A DNA stretch of 54,125 nt from an uncultured Lentisphaerales bacterium (lineage in GTDB: Bacteria > Verrucomicrobiota > Kiritimatiellia > RFP12 > UBA3636), in contig CAYOPG010000004.1 in the NCBI GenBank assembly GCA_964405775.1, forward strand, positions 1 to 54,125, read 5' to 3'. The position numbers and the translations under genes were made by a program. Shown piece after piece: positions 29,007-38,249 of this stretch (positions are counted from its first letter, which is position 1; the number at the start of each line of letters is the position of its first letter). The notes below the pieces were generated by a model. It was not told where the DNA came from. It ran no database searches and worked only from the letters and a program-made list of their open reading frames with translations.

Positions 29007-29782
29007 AGGCTATGGAAAAACCCTGCCGGGCTGTACTTTGGATTGTGCTGCTCTTCTTCTATATCCCGATTATAATCCTAATAATAAACTCATTCAACGT
29101 CTCCCGGTTCGGCGGTTCCTGGAAGGGTTTCACGTTCGGATGGTACAGGATGTTGTTCGAGGATCGCGTTATATGGCGCGCCGTGCTCAACACGCTTAAA
29201 ATAGCTTTTGCCTCAACCGCCATATCCACCATTCTTGGAACAACCGCGGCGTTGGCGCTTCATAAATGGAAAAAGAGCAAGATACAGGTTGCCCACTATG
29301 GACTAATATATACTCATCTGGTGCTGCCCGATATTCTGATGGGTATAAGCCTTATGCTTTTCTTCATAGCGGTCGGGCTTTCGCAAAGTCTGTTCACGAT
29401 AATTCTCGCGCACACGACGTTTTGCCTTAGCTATGTCACTATGTCGGTGCTGGGCAGTTTGCAGGATTTCGACAACAACCTTATTGAGGCCGCCAAGGAT
29501 CTCGGTGCCAACACCTGGACAACCTTCTGGCGTGTTCAATTTCCTCTTATCCTGCCGGGGATCATCGCCGGGGGATTGCTCGCCTTCACCCTGTCGATAG
29601 ATGATTTCGTCATAACATTCTTTGTCGCCGGCTCGGGTTCAGGCACGTTGCCGGTTGAAATCTACGGCATGATCAAGCGCAGTCCCAATATGCCCATGAT
29701 CAACGCCCTGTCGACCCTGATGCTGGTTTTCACCGCCTTAAGCGTCGTCATCAGCCGCATGATGCAGAAGAGGCGCAAGTAG
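29003..29782 (+). CDS. potC: Polyamine ABC transporter permease
   Basis: FTFGWY, AHTTF, EAAKDLGA, FTLSIDDFVITFF, INALST. Confidence 0.88.
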   Translation: MKAMEKPCRAVLWIVLLFFYIPIIILIINSFNVSRFGGSWKGFTFGWYRMLFEDRVIWRAVLNTLKIAFASTAISTILGTTAALALHKWKKSKIQVAHYGLIYTHLVLPDILMGISLMLFFIAVGLSQSLFTIILAHTTFCLSYVTMSVLGSLQDFDNNLIEAAKDLGANTWTTFWRVQFPLILPGIIAGGLLAFTLSIDDFVITFFVAGSGSGTLPVEIYGMIKRSPNMPMINALSTLMLVFTALSVVISRMMQKRRK

Positions 29783-29841
29783 CCGGTCATAAGCCAATAT
29801 CCCAGAGAAATGGGGAAAGTACACCTTCTGAGCGCTATTAG

Positions 29842-31635
29842 CTACGGGATGCGCGGTTCGGCTGCGAGCAGTTCTCTGGTGTATGGGTGGGTGGGTGACG
29901 AAAGCACCGTGGCTGCGGGGCCTTCTTCAACAATTCTGCCTTCGTGCATGATCGCTATGCGGTGCGCAACGTGACGCACGACGCCGATGTCGTGCGTGAT
30001 GAAGAGATACGCCGGACGCAGCTCTCTCTGCAGGTCTGAGAGGAGGTTCAACACCTGCGCCTGTACGGAGACGTCGAGAGCGCTGACGGGTTCGTCACAG
30101 ATTATGACCCGCGGACGCAGCGCCACGGCACGCGCAATGCTGACGCGCTGGCGCTGCCCTCCTGAGAATTCATGTGGATAGCGGAATGCCGCCTCGGGAG
30201 GCATGCCGACCAAGGCAAGTAGACGCTGCGCCTCCGCGATGCGTTCGGAGCGCTTGACAATCCCGTGTACCATTGCTCCTTGGGTTATTATGTCGCAAAT
30301 AGTCATGCGAGGATTGAGAGAGGAGAATGGATCCTGAAAGATAATTTGCACATCGCGCTTCATCTTGAACGGGCGTTTGTCCGGAACCGGCGCGCCATCG
30401 ATTTGTATTTCTCCGCCGGTTGGCGTCTCTAGTCCAGCCAGTATCCGGGCGAGTGTTGTTTTCCCGCACCCGGATTCGCCTACTAGTCCCAGAGTCTCCC
30501 CGGTATGAAGAGACAACGTCACGTCGTTTACGGCGTGGACTTTTTTGAACTTTTTATGCAAATTGCTCGCTGCTATAACTGGTGGCACCGAGTAGTCCGG
30601 TGTCGATAGATGTGTGGATCCGGAACCTGTCGCTGGCTCCTGATCCGATATTGTGCGTGGGCTTTTCAGCCATATTGGGCAGCGCGTGTGGTGCGAGGCG
30701 GAATCCTGCAACAACGACAATTCCGGGTGCTTTACTCCGCATTCTGGTTGTGCAAAGGCGCAGCGTTCGTGGAAGCGGCATCCCTGGGGAAAAGAAAGCG
30801 GGGAGGGAACCGAGCCGGGGATCGCGGCGAGGCGTTCGCCGGGACGCCCGTGGGAGGGCATCGCATCCAGGAGCGCCTGTGTGTATGGATGGCGCGGGGC
30901 GTGGAATACTTCGGCGACTGTGCCCGTTTCCACTATCTCTCCCGCATACATGACTGCTATGCGCGAGCAGGTGTTAGCGACTACGCCAATGTTGTGCGTG
31001 ATCAGCAGGAGAGCGGTGTCGGCGCCTTTGATGTTGCACATGAGCTCGAGAACCTGCTTTTGAATCGTTACGTCAAGGGCGGTCGTGGGTTCGTCGGCGA
31101 TTATTAGTCGAGGATTTGTCATCAGGACGGAGGCGATCATGACCCTCTGCTGCTGTCCGCCAGACAGGCGGAATGGGTATTCGGAAAGGCAGCGTTTGGG
31201 ATCTTCGATTCCGGCCTTGGCAAGCCATTCTTCACCGAGCGCCAGTGCTTTTTTTCGCGTGACATGGCGGTCGTGCAGACGGATCGCCTCGACAAGCTGG
31301 TCTCCGATCCGGTGGAGAGGGGAGAGGGCTGTCATCGGATCCTGAAATACCATGCCGATGGACGCACCGCGGATTTTGCGAAGTTCGGCGAGAGGAAGAG
31401 TCGATGTGTCGCGTCCGTCGAATTTGATCGAGCCGGCGGTTATTCTCCCGGGTGGATTTGGTATGAGGCGGAGGATGCTCATTGCGGTGACCGTTTTCCC
31501 GCAGCCTGATTCTCCGACGAGGCCAAGCCTGTCGCCGGGTTTCATGGAGAGGGATACGCCGTCGACGGCATGTACCGTTCCTTCTTGAGTGTCGAAGACC
31601 ACATGGAGGTCGTTTATGTCGAGTATGGGTTCCAT
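29842..31635 (-). CDS. Peptide/nickel ABC transporter, duplicated ATPase (YejF/OppDF-like)
   Basis: Two GESGCGKT Walker A, two SGGQ, DEP motifs, internal oligo_HPY Cys motif. Confidence 0.9.
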   Translation of the reverse strand: MEPILDINDLHVVFDTQEGTVHAVDGVSLSMKPGDRLGLVGESGCGKTVTAMSILRLIPNPPGRITAGSIKFDGRDTSTLPLAELRKIRGASIGMVFQDPMTALSPLHRIGDQLVEAIRLHDRHVTRKKALALGEEWLAKAGIEDPKRCLSEYPFRLSGGQQQRVMIASVLMTNPRLIIADEPTTALDVTIQKQVLELMCNIKGADTALLLITHNIGVVANTCSRIAVMYAGEIVETGTVAEVFHAPRHPYTQALLDAMPSHGRPGERLAAIPGSVPSPLSFPQGCRFHERCAFAQPECGVKHPELSLLQDSASHHTRCPIWLKSPRTISDQEPATGSGSTHLSTPDYSVPPVIAASNLHKKFKKVHAVNDVTLSLHTGETLGLVGESGCGKTTLARILAGLETPTGGEIQIDGAPVPDKRPFKMKRDVQIIFQDPFSSLNPRMTICDIITQGAMVHGIVKRSERIAEAQRLLALVGMPPEAAFRYPHEFSGGQRQRVSIARAVALRPRVIICDEPVSALDVSVQAQVLNLLSDLQRELRPAYLFITHDIGVVRHVAHRIAIMHEGRIVEEGPAATVLSSPTHPYTRELLAAEPRIP

Positions 31636-31648
31636 ATCGATAATTAGA

Positions 31649-33256
31649 TTACTCCATTTTAGAATATGGGTGGGGGTCTAGGGCATCGCGCATACCCTCG
31701 CCAATGAAGACTCCCAGAAGCATGACAACGAATAGCACGAGCGACGGGTACAGGATAAGCCACCACGCGGAGCGGAAAGATTGCGCCTCCTGCAACAGGG
31801 CTCCCCAGCTTGGCGTTCCCGCCGGGAGACCGAATCCGAGATAGTCTAGCACCGTTAACGAGCCGATCGCGCCTACCAGGCTAAACGGGATCAGCGTGAT
31901 CACTGGCGTCAAGGCGTTTGGCAGGATGTGCCGGAACATTATGCGCGGACCGGAGAGTCCTTGACAGCGTGCGGCGTCAACGAACGGGCGCGTCCTCAAC
32001 CGCAAAAATTCTGCGCGTGTGTATGTGGCCACGCCTATCCAGTTGAATATGGCGTAGCAGACGAGGAGCAGTCCGAAACTGCGTCCGAGAGTGTTGCCAA
32101 GCAGGATGATAATGTATAGAAACGGGAGAGCTGACCAAATTTCCGTGAGTCGCTGTCCAGTGATGTCAACCCAGCCCGCGAAGTATCCTTGAACCGCTCC
32201 GGCGGCAATGCCGATTACGCAAGTTACCAGAACGAGAGCCAGCCCGAAAGTGAGTGAGATGCGAGTTGCGTAGAATATGCGGGCAAAGACATCGCGTCCC
32301 GCCGAATCAAAGCCCATGGGGTGTCCGGGCACCGGCCGGAATGGCCACGATACTGTCTCCATAGATGCTGTGAAATCTGCGTACGCGGCCAGGTCGGCGG
32401 ATACGTTGGGTGCCTTGACTTTCAATGGTGCGATCCAGTCTCCGGACTTCGCCGCCTCGATTGTGTTCGACACGGCAAGCGCATCCTCTGGGGAGAGCCA
32501 GCTCCAGCGCGAGAGTGCCGCCGAGGCAGATTCTTCAGTTGAGAATGTCAGGCGTTCGTGCCCGATGGAGTCGCGGGTGCGAACCATTATGCGCACGCTT
32601 TTCGGTGATGTTTCACGACGCGAAAAAGGAGCAAGCGAGATTTTGAATTCACCGCCCGGAGAATCGATGTCGAGGGCCGGGGAGTTCTCGTTTGCAAGGC
32701 GAGATTCAACGGCTTTGCGAATAGTCTCGTTTGATGAGCATATGGCGGGAATCTCTGATAACAGTGATGCAAATTGGTTGGTTTCGCCAAACGAATAAAG
32801 TGGCGAGAAGTCAGGTGCTAGTTGTATAGCTGCAGCATGAGAGCGGGGGCGCATCTCCAGATGCATTCGACGGAACTCTTCTAGGTCGGCAGCCGAGAAG
32901 GTCTCATTCTGACCCGAAGTAAACAGAGGCATTATTGCCCGAACCCCAGACTTGTCGAGAATAGGCTTGTAGTTCGTAATGCGCGTGTCGACTCCGTTCC
33001 CGAGAATCTCGTGTTGCGTATAGGAAAAGAAAACCGGAAAGAAGTCTCGTCCGTCCACTCGGAGCCAGATCGGATTGTTATTGCAGAGTACGTTGGCGAA
33101 AATGCTTATCACGTATATGGCGGTTAGTATCCATAGCGACCACCATCCTCGTTTATGGGCGCGGAAACGGCTCCAGCTCTGAGCGGAACGGCCGCGAGGT
33201 TTGATCGGCTTGCCCGTTCTGACGTTTGTCGGTGATTGGATGTTGTCGGGCGTCAT
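31649..33256 (-). CDS. Peptide ABC permease (YejE/OppC-like) with long extracytoplasmic insert
   Basis: RFRAHKRGWWSL, HPMGFDSAGRDVFAR, RAEFLRLR, RHILPNALTP, LDYLGFGLP. Confidence 0.87.
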   Translation of the reverse strand: MTPDNIQSPTNVRTGKPIKPRGRSAQSWSRFRAHKRGWWSLWILTAIYVISIFANVLCNNNPIWLRVDGRDFFPVFFSYTQHEILGNGVDTRITNYKPILDKSGVRAIMPLFTSGQNETFSAADLEEFRRMHLEMRPRSHAAAIQLAPDFSPLYSFGETNQFASLLSEIPAICSSNETIRKAVESRLANENSPALDIDSPGGEFKISLAPFSRRETSPKSVRIMVRTRDSIGHERLTFSTEESASAALSRWSWLSPEDALAVSNTIEAAKSGDWIAPLKVKAPNVSADLAAYADFTASMETVSWPFRPVPGHPMGFDSAGRDVFARIFYATRISLTFGLALVLVTCVIGIAAGAVQGYFAGWVDITGQRLTEIWSALPFLYIIILLGNTLGRSFGLLLVCYAIFNWIGVATYTRAEFLRLRTRPFVDAARCQGLSGPRIMFRHILPNALTPVITLIPFSLVGAIGSLTVLDYLGFGLPAGTPSWGALLQEAQSFRSAWWLILYPSLVLFVVMLLGVFIGEGMRDALDPHPYSKME

Positions 33257-34296
33257 TTTGTGAACCGTATGCGCGGGTCGATAAGAATGTAGCAGAGGTC
33301 TGATATCAACTGCCCGAAAAGCCCGAGGATGGAAGTGAGAGAGAGGATCCCCATGAAGACGGGGTAGTCGCGCGTCTCAATGGATTCGAGTGAGAGCAGC
33401 CCCATGCCTGGGATTTCAAAAACTCGTTCGATTATGACCGAGCCGGCGAACATGACCGTCATTATGCCGCCGAAACCGGTGGCAATGGGAATGAGTGAAT
33501 TGCGCAGTGCGTGGTGCCATACTGCGTGGCTCCGCGTGGCGCCTTTTGACAGGACCGTGCGGATGTAGTCGGCGCTCATCTGGTCCAGCAGCGAGTTTTT
33601 CATGAGCAGCGTAAGCATGGCGAAGTTGCCCGCGATGTAGCAAGTCACCGGTAGCGCCATGTGCCACAAGCGGTCGGTGAACTTGCCGAACGTGCTCAGT
33701 AGCGCGTAGTTGTCAGAGGTTATGCCTCCTATCGGGAAAACATCCCAAAGCGAGTCCACCGTCCCGCAGAACAACATCTTGAGTACCATACCGAGAGCGA
33801 ATGAAGGGATCGCGTATCCTATGAACACAAGCGCTGAGGATATGGCGTCGAATCTCGTGCCGTGGCGCAGCGCCTTTGCGATACCGAGCGGTATGCACAC
33901 GATGTAGCTCAGAACAAACCCGGTTATGCCGAACCAGAGCGACACCGGAATGCGCGATGATATCAGTTGCCAGACAGTTTTGTCCGTGAACTTATACGAC
34001 TGCATCGAAAGCCCAAGATCGTCATCAATGAGCCATTTTTTGTAGCGTTCCAGAAGAGGCCTGTCGAAACCGTAGTACTCGATCAGTTCTTTTCGGACTT
34101 GCTCCGGGACGTTTGACGGCCCCGAAGCTGACACGGACGTCGCTCCACCTTCCACTCCCGCAACACCGCGCATCTTCATGAGCTGTTGCTCGACTGGACC
34201 TCCGGGCACGAACTGCGTAACTGTGAAGCAGAGAATAGTGATCCCGAGAAAAGTCGGGATCATCAACAACACTCTCTTGATCAGATAGGCAAGCAT
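33253..34296 (-). CDS. Peptide ABC permease (YejB/OppB-like)
   Basis: YLIKRVLLMIPT.LGI, VPGGPVEQ, YYGFDRP, HALRNSLIP, LIDPRI. Confidence 0.9.
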   Translation of the reverse strand: MLAYLIKRVLLMIPTFLGITILCFTVTQFVPGGPVEQQLMKMRGVAGVEGGATSVSASGPSNVPEQVRKELIEYYGFDRPLLERYKKWLIDDDLGLSMQSYKFTDKTVWQLISSRIPVSLWFGITGFVLSYIVCIPLGIAKALRHGTRFDAISSALVFIGYAIPSFALGMVLKMLFCGTVDSLWDVFPIGGITSDNYALLSTFGKFTDRLWHMALPVTCYIAGNFAMLTLLMKNSLLDQMSADYIRTVLSKGATRSHAVWHHALRNSLIPIATGFGGIMTVMFAGSVIIERVFEIPGMGLLSLESIETRDYPVFMGILSLTSILGLFGQLISDLCYILIDPRIRFTK

Positions 34297-34323
34297 CGCA
34301 TGACGGCGCGCATACAGCGCTGC

Positions 34324-35220
34324 TTACTTGCCTGTCAGGACTTTTAGGGCTTCCAGATAACGGCTACGTGTTTTGGCTACGATGTCGTCCGGCAGGACGG
34401 GAGCAGGCGGGTTGTGGTTGAAATTAACGCTGTCGAGCCAGTCGCGGACGAATTGCTTGTCAAGGCTTGGCGGGTTAGATCCCGTCTTGTATTCAGCCGC
34501 GGGCCAGAAACGCGAGGAGTCCGGGGTCAAGACCTCGTCGCCCAGCGTTAACACGCCTTCGGAGTCGAATCCGAATTCGAACTTAGTGTCCGCGATGATG
34601 ACCTTCTTCGTAGCTGCATAATCAGCGGCGCCTGTGTAGAGTTTAAGCGTCAGCGCTCCTAGCTGGTCCGCCAGATCCTTGCCGATCCGGTCTTCCAGCT
34701 CGGCGATCGAGATGTTCTCGTCATGCTCTCCGAGCTCTGCCTTGGCTGATGGAGTGAAGAGAGGCTCGTCGAGTTTCTCCGCCTTCTCGTATCCTGGGCG
34801 TATTTTCGTCCCGCACACGGTGCCGTGTTTTGTGTATTCTGCCCATCCAGAGCCGACGATGTAGCCGCGGGCGATGCATTCTGCGGAGACCATTTGGAGC
34901 TTCTTCACAATCATAGAACGGCCGTCCAAGTCGTCGTGGTAAGGCTTCAGGATGTCTGGATATCTCTTGACGTCGGCAGTGATCAAATGGTTTGGCACAT
35001 CCTTGAAATGATCGAACCAGAATAGGCTTAGCTGTGTGAGCACACGGCCCTTATCGGGTATTCCGTTTGGCATTATGCAGTCGAATGCGCTGATCCGGTC
35101 GGTTGCGACGAATAGCAGTGAATCGCCGAGGTCGTATACATCACGTACCTTTCCGCGCACCGGCGGAGCGATTTCGGGAATTGAGCTTTCTAAGAGTGCG
35201 TTGTTTTTGTCGTATTTCAT
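34324..35220 (-). CDS. purC: SAICAR synthase
   Basis: RGKVRDVY, DRISAFD, ECIARGY..GS, FTPSAKA..GEHDEN, ADTKFEFG, DEVLTPDSSRFW; ATG 35220 preferred. Confidence 0.95.
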   Translation of the reverse strand: MKYDKNNALLESSIPEIAPPVRGKVRDVYDLGDSLLFVATDRISAFDCIMPNGIPDKGRVLTQLSLFWFDHFKDVPNHLITADVKRYPDILKPYHDDLDGRSMIVKKLQMVSAECIARGYIVGSGWAEYTKHGTVCGTKIRPGYEKAEKLDEPLFTPSAKAELGEHDENISIAELEDRIGKDLADQLGALTLKLYTGAADYAATKKVIIADTKFEFGFDSEGVLTLGDEVLTPDSSRFWPAAEYKTGSNPPSLDKQFVRDWLDSVNFNHNPPAPVLPDDIVAKTRSRYLEALKVLTGK

Positions 35221-35395
35221 GTGGAACTTCTTCCGGCTGAGCGATTTTATGCCGCTTCTTTGCAGCCGGCTAACACTATACACTATTCCCGCTTTTCGGT
35301 GCAAGTTGCGAACACGGCTGGAATCCTTCGACCTTTAAGTCGAGATTTTTATGTCCCTTTTTGTGACTCCAGCACTGGTGCGCGTGATCCGCTCG

Positions 35396-37870
35396 TCAGT
35401 GTGGCCTGACGCGTCGTGTGGCGGTAGCCTGCGTCGGGTCTTCTGGCCAGTAGTGTTTTGGGTAGCGTCCGCGTAAGTCTTTGCGGACTTCCGGATATCC
35501 GTTCTTCCAGAAGCTCGCGAGGTCGGATGTGACTTGAACTGGCCGCTGTGCAGGCGATAGAAGTTTTAATAGAATCGGTATGCGTCCCCCAGCGACGCGT
35601 GGCGTTTCCATCATGCCGAAAACTTCCTGGATGCGGACTGATGCCGCGGGTTGATCTCCTGTGTAGTTTATCTTTATGTTTGATCCGCTGGGTACCGTGA
35701 GTTGTGACGGAGCGAGCGAATCTAGGCGCCGCGCCGCTGCTCCCAGCATCGCTTGCAAGGGGTGAACCAGATCGACAGCCGATGCCTGTGCGAGTGTCGT
35801 TTTGCCATTCAGATAAGGTCCGAGCCATTGCTCAAGTGTTGCTGCCAAAGCCTCGTCTGAGACGTCCGGCAGGCCTTCCTCTGGCATAGCCAAAGCAACG
35901 GTTAAGATGCGGGCCTGTAGGTTGCGTGCGGCAGGTGTCCAGTTGAGGCGCTCAATGCTTTCACGGCGTATGCCTCCGCAGAGGCATTTCAGCAGTGCCT
36001 CTGGGTCGGGGTCTTTCAGCGGGCGGTCGCGTACAGGTATTTCGCCGAAGAACTCGCGATTGGTCGCATCTATGCTTTTTGATCTTGAGTTCCATTCCAT
36101 TATCTCCTTGGAATGGAACATGTGTGAGAAGTGGCGCTCAACGTCTGCGCTGGAAAGCGGCGCTGCAAGGCGGATCGTGGCATCGGCATCTTTGTCGTCT
36201 ATGTCGGCGATTGCGATCCAGTCTGTTACGCCGAGGGGATCATTAGCAGGGAGTTTTGCGCCGCGTCCTCCGCTTAGCAGATAGCGTCCGGGATCATCGG
36301 CGTTTTTGCGCCGGTAACCTATTCTGTCCGGGTACGCCCATGCGAGCATGATGCCGATGGATTCGTGGCGGGGTGTGGACTCTGCCACGATCTGTCTGAG
36401 TTGCGATCGCCAAGCTGAGGCGAGGTCGCGAATGCGTTTGCGCACCGGTTTTGGTAGTGTTCCGTTTTCACCTTCCGCGGCGGCAACAAGATGTTCGGCA
36501 TTTGAGGAGATTCGGAAGCCGGAGTTGCCAGCTTCGGAGATAGCGGCGGCAAGTGTGCATGCTGTTTCATCGGCGGCGGAAATCATGGAATGGGCGAGGC
36601 GCGGATGGGCGCCCAGTCTTGTCATGAGTCGGCCGTGGGGTGTTATTGACCCTTGTGAATCCAGTGCGTCTAGTGCACGGAGCAGCTCAACCGCCTGCTT
36701 CCAAGTGTTGGCAGGTGGCGGGGTGAGCCAAGGAAGCGAATCGGGAGTGGAGGAGCCCCAGTCAGCGCATTGCAGGACAACGTCTGCAAGGTCAGCCGTA
36801 AGGATTTCCGGCGGGGAAGAGGGGTCGAGAGCGCGGTCTTCATCCTCCGACCAGATACGGTAGCAGGTTCCCGGACCTAGGCGCCCCGCACGCCCACGTC
36901 GTTGGTCGGCTCTGTCGCGGGTTATGCGGACCGTTTCAAGACGACTCATGCCCGTGGCGTGCGAGAAACGAGAGACGCGCACAGCACCGGAATCGACCAC
37001 GGCGGAGATGCCTTCGATTGTAAGAGACGATTCCGCGATGGAAGTGGCGAGCACTACCTTTCGGCGACCCGGTGGAGATGGAGCCAGTGCTGCATCCTGC
37101 TCCGCTTTTGGCAGGGCGGCATAAAGCGGGGCGATGTCCGTGGCAGAGTCCGCACTCTGCCACAGCGATTCGGCAGTGGCGCGTATTTCGCCTTCGCCGG
37201 GCAGGAAAGCGAGGATTGAACCGGGGTGTTCGCGGAGGGCTCGGCGGACTGTTGCGGCGGTGCGGTCGGAGACGCGTTCTTCGGCGGGGCGTGGAACGAA
37301 TATTGTTTCGACGGGATACATGCGCCCCTCAGCGCTGACGACAGGTGCGCCTCCGTGGGCGAGGTGGCGAGCTACGGCTGTGGCGTCGAGTGTGGCGGAC
37401 ATGACGAGAATGCGCATATCAGGGCGTATTGAGCGCTGGACGTCTAGCGCGAGAGCGAGGCCGAAATCAGCGTTTATCGAGCGCTCGTGGAACTCATCGA
37501 AAATCAGGAGACCTGTGTCGGAGAGTTCGGGATCGGAAAGTATTTGACGGGCGAGGATTCCCTCGGTGAGTACTACGATCTGGGTGTCGCGCGAAAAATT
37601 GCGTTCAAGACGTATGTGGTGCCCCACGGTTTTCCCCGATGGTTCGCCGAGAATATCCGACATGCGCCATGCCGCAGCGCGCGCTGCCATGCGGCGTGGT
37701 TCGAGCATGAGTATGCGTTTGCCCGCGAGCCAAGGTTCTTCCAAGAGTGCTAGCGGAACGACGGTGGTTTTGCCGGAGCCCGGTGGTGCAGTCAGAACGG
37801 CGGAGTTCCCATCGGCAAGTGCGGCTTTCAGGCGCGGGAGCGCGGAGGTGACTGGCAGGTTTGGAAGCAT
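35396..37870 (-). CDS. hrpB: ATP-dependent RNA helicase HrpB
   Basis: APPGSGKTT, EPRRMAAR, DEFHER, MSAT, ATSIAESSLTI, QRRGRAGR, HPRLA, C-terminal LLSPAQRPVQVT.DL.SFW..GY..VRK; ATG 37870 preferred. Confidence 0.95.
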   Translation of the reverse strand: MLPNLPVTSALPRLKAALADGNSAVLTAPPGSGKTTVVPLALLEEPWLAGKRILMLEPRRMAARAAAWRMSDILGEPSGKTVGHHIRLERNFSRDTQIVVLTEGILARQILSDPELSDTGLLIFDEFHERSINADFGLALALDVQRSIRPDMRILVMSATLDATAVARHLAHGGAPVVSAEGRMYPVETIFVPRPAEERVSDRTAATVRRALREHPGSILAFLPGEGEIRATAESLWQSADSATDIAPLYAALPKAEQDAALAPSPPGRRKVVLATSIAESSLTIEGISAVVDSGAVRVSRFSHATGMSRLETVRITRDRADQRRGRAGRLGPGTCYRIWSEDEDRALDPSSPPEILTADLADVVLQCADWGSSTPDSLPWLTPPPANTWKQAVELLRALDALDSQGSITPHGRLMTRLGAHPRLAHSMISAADETACTLAAAISEAGNSGFRISSNAEHLVAAAEGENGTLPKPVRKRIRDLASAWRSQLRQIVAESTPRHESIGIMLAWAYPDRIGYRRKNADDPGRYLLSGGRGAKLPANDPLGVTDWIAIADIDDKDADATIRLAAPLSSADVERHFSHMFHSKEIMEWNSRSKSIDATNREFFGEIPVRDRPLKDPDPEALLKCLCGGIRRESIERLNWTPAARNLQARILTVALAMPEEGLPDVSDEALAATLEQWLGPYLNGKTTLAQASAVDLVHPLQAMLGAAARRLDSLAPSQLTVPSGSNIKINYTGDQPAASVRIQEVFGMMETPRVAGGRIPILLKLLSPAQRPVQVTSDLASFWKNGYPEVRKDLRGRYPKHYWPEDPTQATATRRVRPH

Positions 37871-37994
37871 ATTAGCGCCAATAGATCGCGTTATTATCAT
37901 TTTGTGCCTGAATTGTACCATATCCGGGTTTTTGGCGCTAGCCGAGTGGTTGAACCTAATGCTTGCATTGTTACGGCCAGTTGGTTTACTATAG

Positions 37995-38182
37995 GCCGCA
38001 TAAACCAACCGACAGGTAGGTAGGCCGGAGCCAACGGAAGTCCGTGTAAATCGGACGCGGTGACGCCGCTGTAAGTGATAGTCCGAGGCAATATGCCACG
38101 AGAAGGTGGGGGTCTCTTTTCCCCAGCGATCGGAAGGTGCCAAGGGTGTTATTGTCACGAGCCAGAAGACGAGTTACGGCCA
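37995..38182 (+). ncRNA. Cobalamin (B12) riboswitch
   Basis: CGGAA, T-loop stem GTCCG-TGTAAAT-CGGAC, GCGG-TGACG-CCGC-TGTAA, GTGATA/TGTCAC stem, GCCACGA...TCGGAAGG B12 box, GAGCCAGAAGAC; possible promoter TTGCAT-18-TACTAT at 37963-37992. Confidence 0.88.
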
Positions 38183-38249
38183 ATTCAGGTGTGGATGGGT
38201 GTCCACTCCGCCACCGTATGGTATAAGGTCGTACAAAGAGAGATGATAA

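Noticed and set aside
37871-38158. 96-aa N-terminal extension of HrpB in the ORF track
   Set aside because: Overlaps the riboswitch on the other strand; HrpB similarity starts at LPV after ATG 37870
37970-38182. 10-bp direct repeat GTTACGGCCA flanking the riboswitch (37970-37979, 38173-38182)
   Set aside because: First copy falls upstream of the likely start site so cannot compete in RNA folding; no mobile element for a target duplication; may be chance
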